A stretch of 33,098 nt of DNA, from NCBI GenBank assembly GCA_032718475.1, contig JAUCBJ010002637.1, positions 1 through 33,098 on the forward strand, in the 5' to 3' direction. The notes under the pieces are model-generated. The model worked only from the letters and a program-made list of their open reading frames with translations, was not told where the DNA came from and ran no database searches. Below, piece after piece: positions 23,241 to 33,098 of this stretch. Each line of letters begins with the position of its first letter. Position 1 is the stretch's first letter. The DNA is from Nemertoderma westbladi. Lineage: Eukaryota; Animalia; Xenacoelomorpha. A program made the translations under genes and the position numbers.

Positions 23241-24476
23241 CGTTTACGGCTCATGAATATTGCATATTAATGGCGCTTCGAAGTGGCTGTATAACTTAAT
23301 GACAACAAACACACTGAGGGGGTGGTACTTCTTCCATCATAAATATATTAATCTCGGTTGAATTAATGTGATATGACATGTAATGGGTAACTAGTTTACT
23401 GCGGTTAAATGTTACCTTTTTATACATCAATATTTACTAAAAGACAATAACATGTTTTTAATTTAAACCAAAAATAATTGTGTACATAAATTAATTTGTT
23501 CGACATTTTGTTACGGCGAAAACATACGAATCAATTCAATGCGGAAATACCGTCCCAGACATTACCTTCTCTCAGATTTAGTTATGAATCGTTTGTGGGA
23601 ACAGGTGCAAAATAAATATATATCGATCGATTATTATTCATTGTAATTGAAATTGCTCGGCCGAATTAAACAGACCTGTGTTTGAAAACAATCTTGTGAC
23701 ATCATCATTACAGTATATTACAGAATTAAGACTACGTACCCATGGATAAGAACAAAAGTTACAACCCTTGTAACTTTTGTTACAAGGCTTTATTTAATAA
23801 TACTCAAAAATATGTAAAACGTTGCGTTGCCTTTATACAAACAACGGCTTGATGATGTCTATAATTAAATCACAACAGCTATCTGGTATCTGCTACCTCA
23901 CTAAGTGGGGCCTTCGCGCAGCAGGTAACGTAAATATATGTTAAGGGTTAACTCGAAAGAATTATAAGCAAAATATAAGCATATGGCACCTAATCACTTT
24001 ACCACCTTGATGCAGACTGGGGGTTACTGCAGGCGATATAAAAACCCCACAAAAACTAGAATCTAGTTCTAGAATATATGTGTCACTGCCATGTATCAAT
24101 AAGGAAGAACGTATTAGACACCGGATGTATTTTAACACATATATGAGAAGTTTCAGCTTCAACGGATCATAAACGACGGAATGCGTCAAAGATTTCATTT
24201 TCAGACATTTGTCCCTTTAGCGGCAGACTAGAGAACTGCAGACAGATTACCCTCCTTTGAATGCAACAGTTCATAGTCTAGTACCAATCTACCAAGTTTC
24301 AACCTGAACTGATTAAAAGTAAAGAAATGCGAGGAAATTTTAATGTTTCGATACGTAGCCCTCTAACGGGAGACTGTTGAAATGATCTGTCAACGACGTC
24401 AACAACTATTTGCTATTATTGACCTATGGACCCACCCTTCTAACAGTGTCAGTTCGCAAGGCTCCGCTAACTTCGT

Positions 24477-24664
24477 GGCTCGCCCCACCATAACCCCCCA
24501 CCTCCCCCCCCAAAAAAACCCTATGGTATCATATTTCTAACTTGATGTGATTAAAGGGGCGAGCCTTGCACTCCGCAATGGATTATCAGAAAGGAAGGGC
24601 CGGGGTAGGAAGGGAGGGGGTGGGGGGTGGGGGGGGGGGGGGGGGGGGGGGGGGGGTGGGTTGG
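24477..24664. repeat. C-rich tract, short inverted repeat and long G tract
   Basis: GGCTCGCCCC (24477-24486) / GGGGCGAGCC (24556-24565); C-rich 24483-24511; G runs 24602-24664 including more than 25 consecutive G. Confidence 0.7.
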
Positions 24665-25524
24665 TCTGGATATTAATTTGTGCCTTTAAGTTGACAATAC
24701 ATTGAAATAATTATTGCTAAAAAAAACGTAACCTGTTGAATGTGGTACATAGTACACAAGTAAGTACTAAGGCAAACAATATAATATGTAGACAAAAACA
24801 AAACTGACATTAATGAAAATAATTTATAACTATTTACATACAAATCACAAATCAAAGTACAAATCACTTCTTACAAAAAAATACGTCAAGTAAATACCAT
24901 GGAAGATTACATTGACCTGGTGCACCATGTTATGGTCACCCTTGGGACCAACAGTTAATGTTTTAGCATAAAGGCATTTTTTAACGAATTAGCATTTTTT
25001 TAAATAATACTGTGTGTAGAAAATTGCGGGAAACAGAGTTAATTAAAAATAAATAAGAGTAATCGAACTCTTTATCATAGCAATTGATAAATTGTATTTT
25101 ACTCGTACAAACTATTGCAACTCCTTTTCCACAATATATTATTATCCCTGTATATACCACGGTGTTATAAAGCTCAAACGATGAGGCGCATTGACAAGTT
25201 GTACATGCTTGCTCATGTCAAAATATTGTTGAAACGATAAATAAGAATAACTGAGGAATTAAGTGACAAATCATATTTAACAAAATTCGAAGAATATGTG
25301 ACGAATAATATTGATAGAAATCAAAAACGGTTTCGATATGTCTTCGAGACAAGTTGAGTCACAAAAATTGTCAAAAATTACATCCTTTGCCCCCCCCCCC
25401 CCCATCACTTTTATATAATTATATATTTTTTTATTACTTTTCATTAACTAAGTTTACATAATTTATTGGGATATAGTATCCCTATAGTCTTCCATCCAAA
25501 TGTGACGTACTGTTTATATAATTA

Positions 25525-28500
25525 TTACACAAGTAATTTATGCATATGAATCTCGTTATGGGCAACACTAAATATAATATTTCCGCGAGGTGAAAAAATA
25601 ACTTTACTGAGACTGTCGGAGTGGGTAAGAAAGTCCTGAAACGTTCCTTCCGTGTAGTCCACTAGTTTGATGAGCCATTCTCTGGTCGCTATAGCAATGA
25701 CGTGGCCCTTTGGGGACACGTCGAGCGAAGCAGCCCAATGGTTAATGTCGAGTTTACGAATAGTTTTCCGTTGACTTAAACTATAAAACTGGATACAACA
25801 TTGCAAACCGTAGCCGCTGTACACGATAACATCTGTGTCTGTGGGGCTAAACCGAGCGAGACTAGGCGGGTTACTGGACGGGTCTGTGGAGCCAGACAGG
25901 GCTGGGAAAGTCAACCAATCGATGAGGTCGCACAGATCCCGCGACCAATCGGAGCTCCACACGCTGACCCGCCGGTCCTGCGAGCAGACCAACCACAGAG
26001 AGGGTGGGGCCACCATCGGATCCCTATTGGTCGAGGGTTGGGCGTGTAAGTCGGTAATAGAAGCGCCTTTGTGATCAGATATAATACGCAACGTCATTCC
26101 GGTCGCGGTGTTGTTCACCGCAATCAACCCGTCCGCACCACCGCTTATAAAAACCCGCTCATCGCGACTGTATATAACGTGTTCTACGCTGGAGGAATGC
26201 GGACGCATCTTTAGAGTTACGTCCATTTTAGTCAGATCGAAAAGACGCAAAGTCCCATCGAGGTAGCCGGCTATTACTTTCAGTTTGTTGAGTGGCGTCG
26301 TCTCTGGACTAAAGGCGACGCAGCCACAACTCTGCCCCGCAACCTGGAACTGCATAGATTGCTCCACCGCAGAGCCATCTAGCGTCCACAATCGCACGCT
26401 GCCGTCGGCGCAACTGGTTGCTAGGTAACGCTCGTTGTTAAGGGCGACACCTGTTACTGACAGGGAGTGGCTGCTGACCAGACGAATGGAACTCCTCTCA
26501 TCCCAGTTGATGTACCACAGAGTGGAGGCGTCAGTCCCCACTATACCCATATCAAGAGAGGAGTCGAAGGAGGCACTAATTACTCCTCCGTCCAAGACCA
26601 TCTCGTCTTCCATAACCAACTGCTGCCTCCCTTGTCGCTCCTCCCTAATGCTCCACAGTCGCAACCGACCCGCGCTGCTCCCCATCACCAACCGACGACT
26701 CCTACAGACTAAGACCCCAATCTCTGCCGTGTCCCCCTCCCAGTGCATGTAACACGAGTTGTCCCGGGTGTCCCATGCGCTCAAAGTACCCCGACTGGTC
26801 CCCGCGTACAGCGAGCTGTCGGGGCCGTAACAGACCGACGTCAGTTCCCCGACTACCTCACCAGGGACACACGCACGATGGACCCCCAGACGAACCCCCT
26901 CACCAAGTTCCAACATCCAGAAAGAAATACATCGATCGTAACCAATGGTAACGAACTCGGTAAAGGCCGACGGGTCCCATGAGATCTGTAGAACCGGAGT
27001 CTCCGGGACACAAGCGGTTAGCAGACTCCAGTCCGCGGTAGACCACAGCGCAACGGCAGGGCTGTGGAGGTCCCCCGCTGATATTAAATAAGAGTCGTCC
27101 TTAGAGAACGCCAACGATTGCACACCTGTTTTATAGTAAGTTATAATTTTAATAAGTCTGTTCGGTAAACTCCAGATACAGAGTTGGCAGTTGGAAAGAC
27201 CGTCAGAGGAGGAAGCTGTAGCCAAAAACTGGGAGGCGTTGCTAAGAGACAATGTGTTTATTTCGTGGTCGTGGCCAATCAGATGAGTCTGCTCGTTAGT
27301 GGTGAGATCCTCAACAATAACAATGGCGCCGCTCGTGTATATGACTAAGGATGAGTCAGCGTCTGCGTTCCACGCCAGGTTGGAACGTCCGTTCCCGTTG
27401 TATCCGATTACTGTAGTTAGTTTGAGACCCGACTGGTTAGGTGGAGCCACATACCGGCACTGAGCCACTGGGAAGCACCGCTCCCGACTGAGGAACCGTT
27501 TGTGGACGGCGGCAAATCGCTGCACCGAAGGTTCCGTTAACCCAACGTTTTCTACGTCTCTTTCCGTCTGTCGATCCATTATCAATCCAGTTACCGGTGG
27601 CGGTGTATGAGATTCATTTAAATCGTAGATAGTCGGACTGGTGGAACCGAATGCTAACATTGTGTCGGCGTCACCCATTGGCTCTCCAGACAACTCATCG
27701 GCAACCGACAACTCGGCAGTACTAACGCTCCTCCCACAAGAATTCCTCGCTACTATCGAATATTTACCGGCGTCACTTAAACGGATGTCGGATATAACCA
27801 AACTGAACTTCGCGCCAACAAAGATTTTTTTAATTCTCACAGAGTCATAAATAATCCTCTCATTGTGGAACCACTCCACTTCTGGGTCGGGATCACATTC
27901 TATAATGGCGTCTAAACGAATACCTTCCCCCACCTTGGCCTTCAAACTAACTAACGCATTAACAAAATTAGGAGGCGTAAGCAATCCTGACTGTATAGAA
28001 TGCCCCCCAATGTTACCAACATTAGCAGTTGGAATTACTTTCAGATTCGCATAGGATGTTATTTTCCCTGCGCTATTCTCCGCAATGCAGGTCCAAGTTC
28101 CCGCATCGGGGATACGAATCCTTGAGATATCCAAGGAATGCATCGTACCATCGAAGGATATGACCACCCGACCGTCGTTCTTCACTACCACCCCATCGTG
28201 GAACCACCTCGTACGGAGTGGAGGATGCGACTTGATCCTAACAGAGAATGTAACTCGCCCATCTTCAGGAACTTCCTGATTATGGAGTCTGGAATAGAAC
28301 TTAGGAAGCCTAATGGCTGTCGGGTTATTAATAAATCCATCTCCTTGGTTATCAATGCAGTCTGTCTGTCCATTGGAAACAAAGTCCCAAGGAGGCGATA
28401 TATTATCTCCATTAACGCGGAGCACTTCAGTAAATAGTTTGTTAGGAATCTCTACATTTCCATTACCGGTTCCATTACATTCAATGATGTTTCTAGTTTG

Positions 28501-31497
28501 TTTGGGAACATTCGAATTAACATCCAACGAATCTCCACCATCAAGTACCGCTCTTCCTGAGAACCTCCATACCAGCAGTCCATCTCCCCCCGATATCAGA
28601 TACTTCCCATCAGGACTAAATTCCATGTTCTTTATTTTTCCCGAATGTCCAATAAACTGTTGATGACCACCAGCCTTACTCCAGTAACTATAAAGTTTTA
28701 TCATTTTATTACCACCCAAAGCAATAAATTGTGAGTCTGGAGAAACAGCTATACTGTAGACATGGTCCTCAATTGAAACTACATCTAATATTTCGCCGTT
28801 GTGGTTGTTAATTTTTAGCAGTTTTGATGATGAAGTGATAACAAGTAAATGGCTAGAATAAGTTGGTGGATAAATAAGGTTTACCGCGCGGTCCAAATGC
28901 CGACTTTCACACACGGAAGAAACGTCAACACGTAGGAATTCGTCCAGGGTTTTTCCATTTAGCAACGTAACAATAGAACTGGATGGCCCAATAACTGCTA
29001 ATTGAGTGGAATCACCATTGACAGCTAAACAATTCGAAGCCGTTCTGCAAACCAAACCATCAAGTTTACGTGCGATTATCCAATCGCGGGTCGCCACAAC
29101 ACAAATTGTGGAACATTTTCCTCCAACATAAAGATAATATCCATTGTTAGAAAATGCCAAACCTGTAATTTCAGATTTCGTCGTTTTAAATTTCATAAAT
29201 TGTTTCTGCATCTGCTGAATATAAATGTGAACTACACCAGAACTATCGCCCACAGCTAATGTCCCGTTGGAGGGATGTATGGCAACCTTCTCCGGGAATG
29301 AGTTGGGAAAGTTGGATAATTTAACCTTTGCTATTTGAGTACAATGATCGTCGATCGCACGTAGACGTATTGTTGAGTCAGATGACGCAGTTATTAGCTG
29401 CATATTACTATAATCCAATGAAAAATCGATCAGCTCGTCAACTTGACAATGAATCAATGCTTTATAACTTCTGCTGTCAATATCCAGAACACCTACATCT
29501 CCACCGCGAGTTCCCACAGCAATCTTTAAACCGTCATCACAAACATAAACTGAGTCAAACGGCTCCTCCAAATCAACTTCGAGAAACACCGATGAGAAAT
29601 CCAAAGGCCACACGCGCAAGTATCCATCGGTAGAACAGGTTACGCAGAATGCATCAGTGACACCGACACGTTCCAGCGTAATAGCCCCGGATTGGTTAGT
29701 AGGAACGAGTTTACAGACTTGGTCCACAGCCGGGTGTGGTAAAGTAAGCTTAATGATCAACCCTGATGTAGTGCAGGAAAATAGAAACCCATCATCGCCC
29801 TTTTGGTGTGCAATGTCGGTAAATGTGTGCAGAGAATAATCTAAAAGATCAATAGGACACGATCGCAGTGAATTATTACGCAACTTCCATAACTGAATGT
29901 TACTCTGTCCGCAAGATACTGCGGAAAATCCATCGTTACTTAAAACAATCAGTTTGTTGATATGAACATCAGTGATGGCTCTCGCAAGTACAGTGTGAGA
30001 AGCTTGCGTGATGTCCCAAACAATAACCAGGTATTTATCATGCGTATCTCGACAAACAGCCCATAATGTGCTCTTAGACAACGCGATACAATTCAATCCC
30101 CGAGCATGAGCAGTGAGCACAGAGAGACATGATAGGGATCGCAGACTCCATAGCCGTATCAGAGTCACATCTCCCGCTTGTCCAGAAGCCAAAATATCTC
30201 CTCGGGGATCTAGAGCAAGGGCGGCAATTTTATCAGTATGGCCCATAAGAAACAATTGTTTCCCAGTAGACAATGTGTGAGCGACTACAATAGCATGAGC
30301 AGGATATATGACTAACGCTCCGTCTTTAGTGAATAATATATCCCTGCAATTCGACCCACCATACCCAACGACGTGGAGTAACTTCATTATTGGATCAGGA
30401 AGCAAAGATTGGTCAGTAGACAACTTAGTAACGCGGGTAATTGTGGCCGGATGGGATTCAACTTGATTACGAGTAACACTGGAAGAAGTCTCGGTGTTCG
30501 CATACACGTTAACAGATCGATTATTACCTCGATCTTCCAGCACCTCAGGTAGTTCCATAGTAACTTTCTTACGAATAGTTGACTTGGGTTTAGTTAATCG
30601 GTTAACTAAAGATAAATCCTGGTTTCCACCCTGCCGGGAATCCACTTCAGCCACAACCATTCGCTTGGTATCCACAATTGAACCGCCAATCACAGGTAGT
30701 GGATGTTTGTGTTTCATTAAAGGAGTACATTTTTGGACAGAATCGAAAGGTGGTTGACAAAGAATCTCCTTGCTGGGGAAATTAATAAAGTCGTAAAGGT
30801 CAGCCCATTTGGTGTTGCTAGGTACTGGGAATGTAAGGTCCCTCGGAAGTGGGGTACAGCCAGTGGATAGTAGACCTTTCCTCTTGGCGTCATGGTAACT
30901 AATACCCGGTTCATAGGATATATCAGAAGTGATACAATTCTTCACTAACATGCTCGCACAAAGCTGAATCGCTTTAACATGGCTGAAGACACGGTGCAGG
31001 TAAACATTGAGCAGAAGATGCAAATCTAGACAAAGCACAGTCCATCTGCTACTAATGGGGGCTGGACCTTGATAACCATGCTTCCCCCCTTTAGCTGTTC
31101 GGCTGTCTATACTACCATCCGGATAGGGACATAAGTATGGGAACTGCAACCAAGTTGATGTACTTTTAAATTCTTTATAAAGGTTGCTGATACTCACCCT
31201 CACAATTAAACTATCGTTTGTGGCGACATCTAAATGAATTGCAAAATACTTTGAAGGAGTTGGTTTAAAGAATATATACAAATTTTTTCCTGTTAATCCC
31301 AATGATTGAGTGCTGCATTTTGGCAACTGTATATAGTTAACAGCTGGAACTGAGCCAGATATTTTATAAACAGTACTTTTTAATTCTTTGTCCATAATTG
31401 TTGAGACATCGCCTTCACGACTCACCCGCTTCCAATCACTAATTTCGCAAAATTTAAAGAGATTTAGGTACGGATTCTGCCACAGTTTTAAAGTCAT
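25525..31497 (-). CDS. WDR90: WD repeat-containing protein 90 (POC16; centriole/basal body protein), uninterrupted 1990-aa ORF with two inserted Ig I-set domains
   Basis: N-terminus LWQNPYLNLFK...DWKRVSREGDV...VYKISGSVPAVNYIQLPK.STQSLGLTG...VRVSISNLYKEFKSTSTWLQFP is the WDR90 CFAP20/DUF667-like domain. It is followed by LLPDPIMKL..VVGYGG and LKLTTVIGYNGNGRSNLAW starts of the two WD40 halves. Confidence 0.95.
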   Translation of the reverse strand: MTLKLWQNPYLNLFKFCEISDWKRVSREGDVSTIMDKELKSTVYKISGSVPAVNYIQLPKCSTQSLGLTGKNLYIFFKPTPSKYFAIHLDVATNDSLIVRVSISNLYKEFKSTSTWLQFPYLCPYPDGSIDSRTAKGGKHGYQGPAPISSRWTVLCLDLHLLLNVYLHRVFSHVKAIQLCASMLVKNCITSDISYEPGISYHDAKRKGLLSTGCTPLPRDLTFPVPSNTKWADLYDFINFPSKEILCQPPFDSVQKCTPLMKHKHPLPVIGGSIVDTKRMVVAEVDSRQGGNQDLSLVNRLTKPKSTIRKKVTMELPEVLEDRGNNRSVNVYANTETSSSVTRNQVESHPATITRVTKLSTDQSLLPDPIMKLLHVVGYGGSNCRDILFTKDGALVIYPAHAIVVAHTLSTGKQLFLMGHTDKIAALALDPRGDILASGQAGDVTLIRLWSLRSLSCLSVLTAHARGLNCIALSKSTLWAVCRDTHDKYLVIVWDITQASHTVLARAITDVHINKLIVLSNDGFSAVSCGQSNIQLWKLRNNSLRSCPIDLLDYSLHTFTDIAHQKGDDGFLFSCTTSGLIIKLTLPHPAVDQVCKLVPTNQSGAITLERVGVTDAFCVTCSTDGYLRVWPLDFSSVFLEVDLEEPFDSVYVCDDGLKIAVGTRGGDVGVLDIDSRSYKALIHCQVDELIDFSLDYSNMQLITASSDSTIRLRAIDDHCTQIAKVKLSNFPNSFPEKVAIHPSNGTLAVGDSSGVVHIYIQQMQKQFMKFKTTKSEITGLAFSNNGYYLYVGGKCSTICVVATRDWIIARKLDGLVCRTASNCLAVNGDSTQLAVIGPSSSIVTLLNGKTLDEFLRVDVSSVCESRHLDRAVNLIYPPTYSSHLLVITSSSKLLKINNHNGEILDVVSIEDHVYSIAVSPDSQFIALGGNKMIKLYSYWSKAGGHQQFIGHSGKIKNMEFSPDGKYLISGGDGLLVWRFSGRAVLDGGDSLDVNSNVPKQTRNIIECNGTGNGNVEIPNKLFTEVLRVNGDNISPPWDFVSNGQTDCIDNQGDGFINNPTAIRLPKFYSRLHNQEVPEDGRVTFSVRIKSHPPLRTRWFHDGVVVKNDGRVVISFDGTMHSLDISRIRIPDAGTWTCIAENSAGKITSYANLKVIPTANVGNIGGHSIQSGLLTPPNFVNALVSLKAKVGEGIRLDAIIECDPDPEVEWFHNERIIYDSVRIKKIFVGAKFSLVISDIRLSDAGKYSIVARNSCGRSVSTAELSVADELSGEPMGDADTMLAFGSTSPTIYDLNESHTPPPVTGLIMDRQTERDVENVGLTEPSVQRFAAVHKRFLSRERCFPVAQCRYVAPPNQSGLKLTTVIGYNGNGRSNLAWNADADSSLVIYTSGAIVIVEDLTTNEQTHLIGHDHEINTLSLSNASQFLATASSSDGLSNCQLCIWSLPNRLIKIITYYKTGVQSLAFSKDDSYLISAGDLHSPAVALWSTADWSLLTACVPETPVLQISWDPSAFTEFVTIGYDRCISFWMLELGEGVRLGVHRACVPGEVVGELTSVCYGPDSSLYAGTSRGTLSAWDTRDNSCYMHWEGDTAEIGVLVCRSRRLVMGSSAGRLRLWSIREERQGRQQLVMEDEMVLDGGVISASFDSSLDMGIVGTDASTLWYINWDERSSIRLVSSHSLSVTGVALNNERYLATSCADGSVRLWTLDGSAVEQSMQFQVAGQSCGCVAFSPETTPLNKLKVIAGYLDGTLRLFDLTKMDVTLKMRPHSSSVEHVIYSRDERVFISGGADGLIAVNNTATGMTLRIISDHKGASITDLHAQPSTNRDPMVAPPSLWLVCSQDRRVSVWSSDWSRDLCDLIDWLTFPALSGSTDPSSNPPSLARFSPTDTDVIVYSGYGLQCCIQFYSLSQRKTIRKLDINHWAASLDVSPKGHVIAIATREWLIKLVDYTEGTFQDFLTHSDSLSKVIFSPRGNIIFSVAHNEIHMHKLLV
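27703..28305 (-). other. Two tandem immunoglobulin I-set domains within WDR90 (about aa 1065-1265)
   Basis: PKFYSRLHNQEVPEDGRVTFSVRIKSHPPLRTRWFHDG...HSLDISRIRIPDAGTWTCIAENSAGKITSYANLKV and PPNFVNALVSLKAKVGEGIRLDAIIECDPDPEVEWFHN...FSLVISDIRLSDAGKYSIVARNSCGRSVSTAELSV show the I-set signatures (PxF, PxPxVxW, DxGxYxxxAxNxxG). Confidence 0.93.
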
Positions 31498-31729
31498 CGT
31501 GACATAGAGAATATAATAACCAAAATATCAATCAATGACATTAACAAATAACAAATCAATACGTCAGATGACACACGGTCAGTAGCCTAAATAACTGTGA
31601 AATTAAATTTGTAAATACCAGCAATCTCTTCTATACACCATCTCATAGAAGAGCCTATAATCTCTTAATTCAATGGATGCGCCGGGCCTGGTCCCCATGT
31701 CCCTGCCTAATTTATCTACAAAATGTTAA

Positions 31730-32590
31730 TACTACTACTACTACTACTAGGATCGGCATGTTGCATTGCAGCTGCATTTTTAAGAATGCTATGCCGGCTT
31801 GTCGACAAAATTGCGCCGCCACAACTCCCTATCACCCATGACATTGGCTAGATCATCCACATCTTCAAGGCCAGTGTCCTTTAAGATGCGTCTCAAGAAA
31901 GTCATGGGCTGTCCACCATGCTTATTCACTCCATGAGGCTGCCAAAGATTATGCACTGGCTGGTCCTCACGGCGAAAGCAATGTCCTGCAAAGCGTAGGC
32001 GATTTTGTTCTAGTGTCAAGCTTGGGGGAATCAATGAGCCCGACGTACCATTCTTGTGAATGTGCCATCCAGAGACTTGGCGTCCTCAGCAGTTAGAGCC
32101 CAGCATGGACTCCTATAGAGAAGTGCTGGAACTATTGCTGCTCTAAATAATCGGACCTTAAGTTTCCAATTAATTCTCGGTGACTTCCAAATCCTGGAAA
32201 GCCTATTCAAGCAGTCAATCCATGATTCATGGGATCCATGATCCCAGGTAACAGAAGTCATCCACATGCTCAAGCATACCATCCTTTGAGCTTATGCTCA
32301 TCCTATCAGACTTGCTGACTTTAAAATTTAACTGTCAAAATTGTGGACTTTCTAGAGTTATTAAAAAGACCAACACTAGAAGCAGCATGTTCTAATGAGC
32401 TGAGGAGCCGTTGGCCTCCCTCTAGCTGTCTAGTGATTCTGAGAGTACTCCTAAGTCATCAGCAAAGTCTAGATCAGTTAGGTACTTGGCAGGATTTCCT
32501 CGACTTCTAAGGACATGCATAGAACATAGTCAAACACAATTATGAACAAGAATGGTGCAAGTGTGTCTCCCTGGAGGACGCCCCAACGAT
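31730..32590 (-). mobile_element. 5'-truncated, frameshifted RTE-clade LINE with (TAG)n tail
   Basis: Minus strand: GVLQGDTLAPFLFIIVFDYVL, YLTDLDFADD (RT catalytic motif), LKVRLFRAAIVPALLY...LDGTFTRMVRRA, RLRFAGHCFRR...MGDRELWR. A trinucleotide tail (tac)n on plus lies at 31730-31749. Confidence 0.9.
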
Positions 32591-33098
32591 AATGAGATCA
32601 GATAAAATTTGCAACATAAAGACATATTTTAGTAGTTGTTTCATTGATATTACACGACTCGCACTTTTTCTTCAATTTATCAGTTACCAAGATCTTTGTT
32701 AGAAAATTGCATGAATATAGCTCAGTAGATACCGGTACTTATTTGCTGTGTTATATCGAATTTTCGAAAAGCTACGGTTTAAATGACCTCCAAACCTTTG
32801 CGAAGCCGCAGATGCTAACACATGCAACTTTCGCACTACCGTCAGGGTCAGACCGTGCATATCTCCAAAATTCAGAGCATAGGCCTATCAGCCTATTCAG
32901 ATACTTGCAATCCTTGAAACAGTGAAACGACACCTATCCGTCATTCCGTCAGTAGCCTATCGCACTGGCAGTACCAACTGAACAAATCACTAAAGTTGAG
33001 GAATAACGCAGTGTGCTGGTGTGACTGTGACGCATGACGGTACAATATCAACAGAAATATCTTACTGTCTTATGCAAATGCTTGTAGCTTAAGATTTA

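Noticed and set aside
21989-30914. Many short ORFs overlapping UBXN10 and WDR90
   Set aside because: Antisense or alternate-frame shadows of the real CDSs with no recognisable motifs.
31789-32282. Two ORFs as host genes or as upstream WDR90 exons
   Set aside because: They are frameshifted pieces of RTE LINE ORF2; no target-site duplication could be identified either.
32644-32925. 93-aa plus-strand ORF (likewise 10233, 20493, 23962, 24673)
   Set aside because: Short, mostly AT-rich, several with non-ATG starts, and no domain or convincing splice context.

Overview
Eukaryotic (most likely invertebrate animal) genomic DNA; every gene recognised lies on the minus strand. Right half: an intronless 1990-aa WDR90 (N-terminal CFAP20/DUF667-like domain plus WD40 blocks) with an unexpected in-frame pair of titin-type Ig I-set domains, an intronless UBXN10-like gene with an RFX X-box/CCAAT promoter, and a decayed RTE-type LINE. 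Left half: about 16.5 kb of tandem arrays (35, 52, 60, 40 and 41 bp units) with short unique islands between them. Three islands (17109-16963, 11919-11720, 9919-9604) splice at canonical AG/GT sites, with matching phases, into one open reading frame of a protein I cannot name. The main observation is that the arrays appear to be local amplifications of this gene's own splice junctions. The 60-bp and 52-bp arrays each repeat the exon 3' end plus the 5' splice site. The 35-bp array reads as a repeated branch point/acceptor, and the 40-bp array may have created an intron. A separate small array repeats the UBXN10 stop-codon region. The long ORFs called inside the arrays are treated as repeat artefacts.
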